Positions 25,216-32,000 of a stretch of 32,000 bases of DNA are shown here, piece by piece. The translations under genes were made by a program, and so were the position numbers. Within the stretch, counting starts at the first letter, position 1; every line of letters starts with the position of its first letter. The notes below the pieces were generated by a model. That model made no database searches. It saw nothing but the letters and a program-made list of their open reading frames with translations, and was not told the DNA's origin. Source of the stretch: Cereibacter sphaeroides 2.4.1 (lineage in GTDB: Bacteria > Pseudomonadota > Alphaproteobacteria > Rhodobacterales > Rhodobacteraceae). The stretch spans positions 1,020,001 through 1,052,000 of the forward strand of contig NC_007493.2 of NCBI RefSeq assembly GCF_000012905.2. Reading direction: 5' to 3'.

Positions 25216-26363
25216 GTCGGGGCGTCCCCCGCTGCCGGGCGCCTGCGCTTGCCCTCGGCGGGCTCCGACCCGTCCGTGGCCGGATCGGCTGCCGTCCCGT
25301 CCTCCTCGGCCACGGCCGCCACGCCTGCGTCGGGTTCGATCAGCGGACCCGCCTCGGCTTCGGCGGCATCGAGGCTCTCGCCCTCATATTCCGTGGCGAC
25401 GATGCCCGCTTCGAACCCCTGATCCTCGAGCCAGCGGCGGAAGATGGCGGTGTAGCCGTGGGTGACGAAGATCCGCTCGGCCCCCGTGGCGCGGATCGCG
25501 GCATTGAGCCCGTCCCAGTCGGCATGGTCGGACATGACGAAGCCCTGCGCGAGGCCGCGGCGGCGGCGGACGCCGCGCAGCGCCATCCAGCCCGAGGCGA
25601 AAGCCTCGGCCGAGGGGCCGAAGCGCGTGGCCCAGGGGGTGCCGAGTGCCGAGGGCGGCGCGATCACCAGTGCCCCCGGGTGCGACGTGCCGTCGATGCC
25701 GGGCGCCACATAGGTGGTGGGCGGCAGCGCCAGCCCCTGCTCGCGCAGGACGGCGGTGGTGGCTTCCACCGCGCCATGGGTCAGGATCGGGCCGATGGAG
25801 AGATCGGCCGAGACCAGAAGCCGCTGCGCCTTGCCGAGCGTATAGGCGCCCACGATCGACGTGCGCCCCTCGGCGGCATTCGCCGCCCACCAGCGGTTCA
25901 GCTGGGCCGCAAGCTCGGCCTGCGGCTTCCAGCGGAAGACCGGCAGGCCGAAGGTACATTCCGAGATGAAGCTGTGGCAGGCCACCGGCTCGAACGGCTC
26001 CGACAGCCCGTCCTCGGCCACCTTGTAATCGCCCGAGACCACCCAGACCTCGCCGTCCCGCTCGACACGGATCTGCGCCGAGCCCGGCACATGGCCCGCC
26101 GGATGGAACGAGACCGTGACGCCACCGATCCGCCGGGTCTCGCCGTAGCGGATCGTCTTGAGGCGGATGTCGCCCAGCCGGTAGCGGATCACCGGGGCGG
26201 AGCCCTCCGTCGCCAGATAGGCGCCGTGGCCGGATCGGGCATGGTCCGAATGGCCGTGGGTGATGAGTGCACGCTCCACCGGCCGCCACGGGTCAATGTA
26301 GAAATCGCCCGCGGGGCAGAAGATCCCGCGGTCGGTGAAGGTCAGAAGGGGGTCGCGTGCCAT
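25212..26363 (-). CDS. Ligase-associated MBL-fold (beta-CASP-like) exonuclease
   Basis: Metallo-beta-lactamase motif ITHGHSDHAR and a later SDHADW, with an acidic C-terminal tail. I chose the ATG at 26363 (MARDPLLTFTDRG). It is translationally coupled to the ligase. Confidence 0.82.
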   Translation of the reverse strand: MARDPLLTFTDRGIFCPAGDFYIDPWRPVERALITHGHSDHARSGHGAYLATEGSAPVIRYRLGDIRLKTIRYGETRRIGGVTVSFHPAGHVPGSAQIRVERDGEVWVVSGDYKVAEDGLSEPFEPVACHSFISECTFGLPVFRWKPQAELAAQLNRWWAANAAEGRTSIVGAYTLGKAQRLLVSADLSIGPILTHGAVEATTAVLREQGLALPPTTYVAPGIDGTSHPGALVIAPPSALGTPWATRFGPSAEAFASGWMALRGVRRRRGLAQGFVMSDHADWDGLNAAIRATGAERIFVTHGYTAIFRRWLEDQGFEAGIVATEYEGESLDAAEAEAGPLIEPDAGVAAVAEEDGTAADPATDGSEPAEGKRRRPAAGDAPT

Positions 26364-26532
26364 GGAAGGAAGGATAGCGCAGCGCGAACCGCCCGCCAGC
26401 GGGGCGCAATGCACAATCTTTAGGCGGTCGAGCGGGATGTGACGGATGTCTCGCCATCGGCTCTTCCCGGCCGCAAAGCCCGCTGATTAAACTGAAGGCA
26501 CGGCGGCGCGAGAACGGTCGGGGGCGAGCAAC

Positions 26533-27951
26533 GTGGCGGTGACCACCTATTTCAACGAAATGTATGAGAAGGGCCGGGTCCGCCCGCATTACCGCCAGCT
26601 CGAGGACTGGACAAAGGCCATGCCGGCCGAGCTGCGCGAGATGAAGCAGGCCGAGGCCGAGGCGCTGTTCCGGCGGATCGGCATCACCTTCGCCGTCTAT
26701 GGCGAGGGCGGAGACCCAGACCGGCTGATCCCCTTCGACATGTTCCCCCGTGTCTTCACCGCGCGTGAATGGTCGCGGCTCGAACGCGGGATCAAGCAGC
26801 GCGCGCGGGCGCTCAACGCCTTCCTCTGCGATGTCTACGGACGGGGCGAGATCGTGCGTGCCGGCCGCATTCCGGCCCGACTGGTCTACCGCAACGCGGC
26901 CTACGAGAAATCCGTGGTGGGCTTCACCCCGCCGAAGGGGGTCTATTCCCATGTGGTCGGGATCGACCTCGTGCGGACCGGAGCGGATGAGTTCTTCGTG
27001 CTCGAGGACAATTGCCGCACGCCCTCGGGCGTCTCCTACATGCTCGAGAACCGCGAGATCATGATGCGGATGTTTCCCGAGCTCTTCCGCGAGAACCGGA
27101 TCGAGCCGGTGGACAGCTATCCCGAGAAGCTGCGCCGCACGCTGGCCTCGGTCGCACCCGCGAAATGCTCGAGCGATCCGACCGTGGTGCTGCTCACGCC
27201 CGGCCATTTCAACTCGGCCTATTACGAGCACAGCTTCCTTGCCGACCTGATGGGGGTGGAGCTGGTCGAGGGCGCGGATCTCTTCGTCGAGGGCGAGTTT
27301 CTCTACATGCGCACGACCGAGGGGCCGAAGCGGGTGGATGTGCTCTATCGCCGGATCGACGATGCCTTCATCGACCCGCTCTGCTTCCGGCCGGATTCGA
27401 TGCTGGGCGTGCCGGGGCTGATGGATGTCTATCGCTCGGGCGGGGTCACGATCTGCTCCGCCCCCGGCGCGGGCGTGGCCGACGACAAGGCGGTCTACAC
27501 CTTCGTGCCCGAGATGGTGCGCTTCTACCTCGGCGAGGAGCCGCTCCTGAACAACGTGCCCACCTGGCAATGCGGCAAGGAGGAGGATCTGAAACATGTG
27601 CTGTCGAACCTCTCCGATCTGGTGGTGAAGGAGGTGCATGGCTCGGGCGGCTACGGGATGCTGGTCGGGCCGAAATCCTCGAAGGACCAGATCGCGGCCT
27701 TCCGCGCCCGGATCGAGGCCGATCCCGACAATTACATCGCCCAGCCCACGCTCGCGCTCTCCACCACGCCCACCTTCGTGAACGAGGGCATCGCCCCGCG
27801 CCACGTCGACCTGCGCCCCTATTGCCTCGTCGGCGAGCGCATCGAACTCGTCCCGGGAGGCCTCACCCGCGTGGCGCTCACCGAGGGCTCGCTCGTGGTG
27901 AACTCGTCGCAGGGCGGGGGCGTCAAGGACACCTGGGTTCTGGCGGAGTGA
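26533..27951 (+). CDS. Circularly permuted type-2 ATP-grasp protein (Anbu-operon amidoligase)
   Basis: YFNEMY...VRPHY...FRRIGITFAVYGE...LIPFDMFPR...ALNAFLCDVY...CRTPSGVSYMLENR matches my recollection of the CP_ATPgrasp_2 family. The start is GTG 26533; GTG 26539 or ATG 26560 are alternatives. Confidence 0.82.
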   Translation: MAVTTYFNEMYEKGRVRPHYRQLEDWTKAMPAELREMKQAEAEALFRRIGITFAVYGEGGDPDRLIPFDMFPRVFTAREWSRLERGIKQRARALNAFLCDVYGRGEIVRAGRIPARLVYRNAAYEKSVVGFTPPKGVYSHVVGIDLVRTGADEFFVLEDNCRTPSGVSYMLENREIMMRMFPELFRENRIEPVDSYPEKLRRTLASVAPAKCSSDPTVVLLTPGHFNSAYYEHSFLADLMGVELVEGADLFVEGEFLYMRTTEGPKRVDVLYRRIDDAFIDPLCFRPDSMLGVPGLMDVYRSGGVTICSAPGAGVADDKAVYTFVPEMVRFYLGEEPLLNNVPTWQCGKEEDLKHVLSNLSDLVVKEVHGSGGYGMLVGPKSSKDQIAAFRARIEADPDNYIAQPTLALSTTPTFVNEGIAPRHVDLRPYCLVGERIELVPGGLTRVALTEGSLVVNSSQGGGVKDTWVLAE

Positions 27952-27958
27952 TCGCGAC

Positions 27959-28909
27959 ATGCTGAGCCGGACCGCCGACAACCTCTACTGGATCGCCCGC
28001 TACATGGAACGCGCCGAGACGATGGCGCGGCTGCTGGAGGTGGGGGCGCGCATGTCGCTCCTGCCCTCGGCCCATGGCTATCGCAACGAGTGGGACAGCC
28101 TTCTGCAGGCCTCGGGCACCGCCGGGGGCTTTGCGCAGAAATACCGCCATGCCCAGCAGCGCGACATCGAGAGCTATCTCTTCTTCGATCTCGACAATCC
28201 CTCCTCGGTCGCCTCCTGCATCGGGCGGGCGCGCGAGAATGCGCGGATCGTGCGCACGGCGCTGACGGCGCAGGTGTGGGACGCGATCAACACCGCCTAT
28301 CAGGAGCTGCGCGCGCTGGAAAAGACGCCGCGCGACCGGCTGGAGCTGTCGCGGCTGATCGACTGGACCATGAACAAGGCCGCCATCATCCGCGGCTCGA
28401 TCGACACGACGCAGCTGCGCAACGACGGCTGGGACTTCCTGAACCTCGGCTATTACCTCGAACGGTCCGACAATACGGCCCGGCTGATGGATGTGAAGTA
28501 TTACGTCCTGCTGCCGCGGGTCGAGTTCGTGGGCTCGGGGATGGACAATTACCAGTGGGCGACGCTGCTGCGCGCGACCTCGGCGCACCGGGCCTTCCAC
28601 TGGGCCTATGGCGGCGAGGTGACGGCGCGCAAGATCGCCGATTTCCTGATCCTGAACCCGCAGTGCCCGCGCTCGCTCACCTCCTGCATCGACGGGATCT
28701 GCGGTCATCTGAAACGGCTCGAGAAGGCCTACGGCCGCCCCTCGCGGCCGCGCGAGGTGGCCGAGAAGCTCGCGGCCGAGCTGGAAGCGCTCAGTGTCGA
28801 GGACATCATCGAGGAGGGGCTGCACGAGTTTCTCAGCCGGTTCATCCTCGAGGCCGCGAACCTCTCCGGCGTGATCTTCGAAAGCTATCTCAGCGGAGAC
28901 GTGCGATGA
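27959..28909 (+). CDS. Alpha-E domain protein
   Basis: The N-terminus MLSRTADNLYWIARYMERAE is the hallmark of the alpha-E (DUF403) family. It lies 7 nt after the ATP-grasp gene. Confidence 0.8.
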   Translation: MLSRTADNLYWIARYMERAETMARLLEVGARMSLLPSAHGYRNEWDSLLQASGTAGGFAQKYRHAQQRDIESYLFFDLDNPSSVASCIGRARENARIVRTALTAQVWDAINTAYQELRALEKTPRDRLELSRLIDWTMNKAAIIRGSIDTTQLRNDGWDFLNLGYYLERSDNTARLMDVKYYVLLPRVEFVGSGMDNYQWATLLRATSAHRAFHWAYGGEVTARKIADFLILNPQCPRSLTSCIDGICGHLKRLEKAYGRPSRPREVAEKLAAELEALSVEDIIEEGLHEFLSRFILEAANLSGVIFESYLSGDVR

Positions 28910-29715
28910 TCCTCACCGTCGATCATGTGACCTGCTACCGCTACAACCGGCCGGCCCGCGCGCTGGTGCAGAGCCACCGGCTGACGCCCTCGACCTGCGC
29001 GGGCCAGCGCGTGCTGGAATGGGTCGTCACCGTCACCGACGGGATCGCGGGCGGATCGTTCCGCGACGGCGCGGGCGACTGGATCCAGGGCTGGACCGTG
29101 CCGGGGCCGGTGAGCGAGGTGACGGTCGCGGTCCGGGGCAGGGTCGAGACCTCGGATCAGGCAGGCGTGCTGCGCGGGCACCGCGAACTGACCGCGCCCG
29201 ACTGCTACCTGCGCTCGACCGCCGTCACCAGGGCGGATCCGGCGCTGGTGGCGCTTGCGGCGAAGGCCGACGGGATCGAGCAGCCGCTCGACCGGGCGCA
29301 CCGGCTGGCCGATCTCGTGGCCGAGGCCATCCTCTACGAGCCGGGTGTGACCGAAGCGCACACCACCGCGGCCGAGGCGCTGAAGCTCGGGCGCGGCGTG
29401 TGCCAGGATCATGCCCATGCGCTGATCGCGGCGGCGCGGGAGGCGGGCCTGCCCGCGCGCTACGTCTCGGGCTATCTCTTCACCGATGCAGAGACCGCGG
29501 ATCAGGAAGCGGCCCATGCCTGGGCGGAAGTCTGGGTGCGGGGCCTGGGCTGGGTCGGGTTCGACCCCGCCAACCGCTGCTGCCCGGACGAGCGCTATAT
29601 CCGCCTCGGCTCGGGGCTCGACGCGCAGGATGCGGCGCCGATCCGCGGCATCGCTCGGGGGCCGGGCGTCGAACGTCTGGAAGTGCAGGTTGCAGTGCAG
29701 GCGGTGCAGCAATAG
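28906..29715 (+). CDS. Transglutaminase-like cysteine peptidase family protein
   Basis: N-terminal domain MILTVDHVTCYRY. Transglutaminase core Cys (GRGVCQDHAH), His (AHAWAEVWV) and Asp (GFDPAN). ATGA overlap with the alpha-E gene. Only the 3' part of track ORF 28090..29715 is real. Confidence 0.85.
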   Translation: MILTVDHVTCYRYNRPARALVQSHRLTPSTCAGQRVLEWVVTVTDGIAGGSFRDGAGDWIQGWTVPGPVSEVTVAVRGRVETSDQAGVLRGHRELTAPDCYLRSTAVTRADPALVALAAKADGIEQPLDRAHRLADLVAEAILYEPGVTEAHTTAAEALKLGRGVCQDHAHALIAAAREAGLPARYVSGYLFTDAETADQEAAHAWAEVWVRGLGWVGFDPANRCCPDERYIRLGSGLDAQDAAPIRGIARGPGVERLEVQVAVQAVQQ

Positions 29716-29746
29716 GGTCCGGCGGAACCTTACGGAAGCGTGACCG

Positions 29747-30472
29747 ATGACCTATTGCGTGGGCCTGCTGCTCAACGAGGGAATGGTGCTCCTGTCGGAC
29801 ACCCGCACGAACGCGGGCTTCGACAATATCGCCATCTACAAGAAGATGTTCACCTTCGAGGAGCCCGGCGAGCGCATCGTGGCGATCCTGACGGCGGGCA
29901 GCCTCTCGGTCACGCAGACCACCATCGCCCGGCTGAAGGAGGCGATCCACGATCCCGACGCGACCGAGGAAAGCTCGATCCTGAAGGCGCCCACCATGCT
30001 CATGGTGGCCGAGATCATCGGCAACATGCTGGCGCAGGTGCGGCTCGACATCGACGAGAAGCTGTCGGCGATGAAGCAGAGCGCGTCGGCCAGCATGATC
30101 GTCGCGGGCCAGCGCCGGGGCGGCGAGATGCGGATGTTCCTCATCTACCCCGAGGGCAACTTCATCGAGGCGACCGAGGACACGCCCTTCCTGCAGATCG
30201 GCGAGCACAAATACGGCAAGCCGATCCTCGACCGGGTGGTGAAGCCCGAGACCTCGCTGGCCGACGCGCAGAAGGCCGTGCTCCTGTCGATGGATTCGAC
30301 CCTGCGCTCGAACCTGTCGGTGGGAATGCCGCTCGACCTTGCGGTGATCGAGCGGGACGGCTGCTGCATCGCCTCGCGCCGCCGGATCGAGGCGGGAGAC
30401 GAGAATTTCCGCGCCATGTCCGAGGCCTGGTCGCGCGCGCTGCGCGAGGGTTTCTCGCAGATCAGGATCTGA
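29747..30472 (+). CDS. Anbu (ancestral beta-subunit) proteasome-like Ntn peptidase
   Basis: Begins MTYCVGLLL, so Thr follows the initiator Met directly. Asp17 lies in LLSDTRTN and Lys31/32 in IYKKM, the proteasome beta-type Thr/Asp/Lys arrangement. It is the fourth gene after ATP-grasp, alpha-E and transglutaminase. Confidence 0.85.
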   Translation: MTYCVGLLLNEGMVLLSDTRTNAGFDNIAIYKKMFTFEEPGERIVAILTAGSLSVTQTTIARLKEAIHDPDATEESSILKAPTMLMVAEIIGNMLAQVRLDIDEKLSAMKQSASASMIVAGQRRGGEMRMFLIYPEGNFIEATEDTPFLQIGEHKYGKPILDRVVKPETSLADAQKAVLLSMDSTLRSNLSVGMPLDLAVIERDGCCIASRRRIEAGDENFRAMSEAWSRALREGFSQIRI

Positions 30473-31415
30473 CGGCGTCCGGGTCCGCGCTCGCCCGGAA
30501 CAGCGCCGCGGCGGCGTCGAAGAAGGCGTCGCGCACCTCGGGGCGGTCCATCATCACCTCGTGCTCGGCCCCGGGCACGATCTGCAGTTCGCCCCGGCCC
30601 CAGCCCTCCATCCGGCGCTGGATCTCCTCGAGATCGACCACCTTCTCGGCCGAGCCCACGATGCAGAGCGCGGGCAGATCCGGCGCGGGCAGCCGCTTCA
30701 GCCGCGCCGTCTCCTCGAAGGCCGCGCGCAGCCAGTCGAGGCTCGGGCCGGCAAGACCCAGTTCCGGCGCCTGCACCAGCTGCTCCTGCATCCAGGCGAA
30801 CATCTCCGGGTCGCGGGTGAGGACGTTCGTGTCGAAGGCGGCGGTGGCGACATAGCTGCGCGTGCCGGTGCCGGGGACATAGCGGTGCCCGAGCCCCGTC
30901 GCGCGGGCGAGCGCCCCGAGTGCCGCCGCTACGATCCGCAGCGCGGCATGGACGCGGATGCCCCACATCGGCGCCGAGAAGCAGGCGGCGCGCACGGGCA
31001 GCCCCTCGTGCAGCGCGCGGAGCCCGATGCAGCCGCCCATGGAATGGGCCAGAAGATGGAAGGGCTCGGGCAGCCCCTGCGCGCGCAGCGCCGCGACGAA
31101 GGCCGTCACATCCTGCTGATAGGAGGCGAAATCGTCGACATGGCCCACGAGCGGATCGCGGAGCGACCGGTCCGACAGCCCCTGTCCGCGCCAGTCGAGG
31201 GTGGCTGAGGCAAAGCCGCGCCGGCGCAGCGCCTCGGCCGCGGGGCCGTATTTCTCGGCATATTCGGTGCGGCCCGAGAAGATGAGGACGGTTCCCGCCG
31301 CCCCCTCGGGCCAGACCACGGTGCGCAGCCGCACACCGTCGCCGGTGCGGATCCAGTCCGCATGCGCTCTGGCCGGTCCGCGGGCGAGGGCGGCGTGAAA
31401 AGGTGCGCCGCTCAA
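30462..31415 (-). CDS. Alpha/beta hydrolase (lysophospholipase/monoglyceride-lipase-like)
   Basis: Nucleophile elbow LLAHSMGG, plus the GRTEYAEKY and DWRGQGLS patterns. I prefer the TTG start at 31415, which overlaps the SCP2 stop (TTGA). The longer track ORF (to 31757) overlaps the SCP2 gene and is Arg/Gly-rich. Confidence 0.78.
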   Translation of the reverse strand: MSGAPFHAALARGPARAHADWIRTGDGVRLRTVVWPEGAAGTVLIFSGRTEYAEKYGPAAEALRRRGFASATLDWRGQGLSDRSLRDPLVGHVDDFASYQQDVTAFVAALRAQGLPEPFHLLAHSMGGCIGLRALHEGLPVRAACFSAPMWGIRVHAALRIVAAALGALARATGLGHRYVPGTGTRSYVATAAFDTNVLTRDPEMFAWMQEQLVQAPELGLAGPSLDWLRAAFEETARLKRLPAPDLPALCIVGSAEKVVDLEEIQRRMEGWGRGELQIVPGAEHEVMMDRPEVRDAFFDAAAALFRASADPDAVRS

Positions 31416-31696
31416 CTCAGCGCTGCGCCCACCTTCATCGCCATCGGGATCGAGCCCTCGACGGCGAGGCGGCCGGACATGAAGGCCATCGTGGGATTGA
31501 GGTCGCCCTCGAGGATCTGCCGGAACACGTCGGCCGAGGCGGTCATCGTGACGTCGGCCTCGCCATCGCCCTCGCGCACGCCCTGTTCGTCCATCATGAT
31601 CACGCCCTCGTCGGCAATGACGAACTTCGCGCTGCCATCGAAAGTCGCAACCTTCCGGCTCAGGGCCTCCACCGCGGCGTCGATCACCTTGCTCAT
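31412..31696 (-). CDS. SCP2 sterol/lipid-binding domain protein
   Basis: 94 aa with VTMTASADVFRQILEGDLNPTMAFMSGRLAVEGSIPMAMKV, typical of the SCP2 domain. GGAGA lies 9 nt upstream of the ATG at 31696. Confidence 0.75.
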   Translation of the reverse strand: MSKVIDAAVEALSRKVATFDGSAKFVIADEGVIMMDEQGVREGDGEADVTMTASADVFRQILEGDLNPTMAFMSGRLAVEGSIPMAMKVGAALS

Positions 31697-31771
31697 TCCC
31701 GGCTGTCTCCAATCCCGTTTTCTTGACGTTCCGCCACTGGCGTTTGCGCCGTGGCACGTTACATTCGGACT

Positions 31772-32000
31772 ATGAAAGCGCGGCGACCGTTTCACAACGC
31801 TATCGTGGGGGCAATCGTGCCGATTGTCCTCGGTCTCGCACCGGTGGGCGCGCAGACGGCCGGCGGCCCCGGCGGCATGGACGAGCTCTTCGCGCGCCTG
31901 AAGGAAGCCGATGCGGCCGCGGCGCGGCGGATCGAGCGGCAGATCTTCACCGAATGGTCGAAATCCGGCTCTGCCTCGGCCGATCTCCTGCTCGAGAGGG
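31772..32000 (+). CDS. Secreted protein, probably TPR-repeat family; N-terminal part only, 3' end outside the window
   Basis: Own translation gives MKARRPFHNAIVGAIVPIVLGLAPVGAQTAGGPGGMDELFARLKEADAAAARRIERQIFTEWSKSGSASADLLLER. It has a signal peptide and the frame is open to the window end. It is absent from the ORF track because it is truncated. Confidence 0.5.
   Translation, partial: MKARRPFHNAIVGAIVPIVLGLAPVGAQTAGGPGGMDELFARLKEADAAAARRIERQIFTEWSKSGSASADLLLER

Noticed and set aside
26364-26532. Search for an alphaproteobacterial LexA box (GTTC-N7-GTTC, equivalently GAAC-N7-GAAC) between the exonuclease/ligase pair and the Anbu operon.
   Set aside because: Only isolated GAAC tetramers are present (26386-26389 and 26512-26515), with no correctly spaced partner. 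An SOS box cannot be claimed from sequence.
28090-28905. N-terminal 272 residues of the 541-aa track ORF 28090..29715.
   Set aside because: This part is an out-of-frame shadow of the alpha-E gene. The genuine transglutaminase-family sequence begins at MILTVDHV (ATG 28906).
30462-31757. 431-aa version of the alpha/beta hydrolase ORF.
   Set aside because: The extra N-terminal ~114 residues overlap the SCP2 gene in another frame and are Arg/Gly/Asp-rich. Hydrolases of this family are about 310-320 aa, which matches the TTG start at 31415.
1-32000. Mobile elements, prophage, genomic-island boundaries, tRNA/rRNA genes and defence systems.
   Set aside because: I recognised no integrase, transposase or recombinase, no tRNA-like cloverleaf, no long terminal inverted or direct repeats, and no restriction, toxin-antitoxin or other defence-type domains in any credible ORF.

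Overview
High-GC alphaproteobacterial chromosomal DNA. Gene content and protein sequences look like Rhodobacterales of the Cereibacter/Rhodobacter sphaeroides type; that call is from memory and was not searched. About 30 densely packed genes are supported by recognisable family motifs. In order they are: thpR (partial), nnrU, waaA, ccpA, a FemAB-like GNAT gene, and an amidase-potABCD cluster. Next come a cobalamin-riboswitch-controlled btuB-btuFCD-cbiZ cobamide salvage operon, a hybrid histidine kinase, rluD, rpoH, a SAM methyltransferase and pepF. The window ends with an ATP-dependent DNA ligase plus MBL exonuclease pair, a four-gene Anbu operon (ATP-grasp, alpha-E, transglutaminase, Anbu proteasome-like peptidase), an alpha/beta hydrolase, an SCP2 protein and a partial secreted protein. 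I found no rRNA, tRNA, transposase, integrase, phage genes or CRISPR array, so this is core chromosome rather than an obvious island. Many long ORFs in the track are antisense or out-of-frame shadows typical of high-GC DNA and were rejected. Four things deserve a second look. (1) The Anbu operon, whose cellular function is still unknown. (2) A tandem array of about 48-nt hairpin repeats presenting GAGGAGG (plus strand) or CCUCCUC (minus strand) in their loops; it lies in a roughly 500-bp ORF-free spacer between rpoH and the methyltransferase and is a candidate multi-copy sRNA cluster. (3) A 13-copy heptanucleotide microsatellite abutting the stop codon of the hybrid kinase. (4) An 8-bp palindrome that supplies the start codons of two divergent genes.
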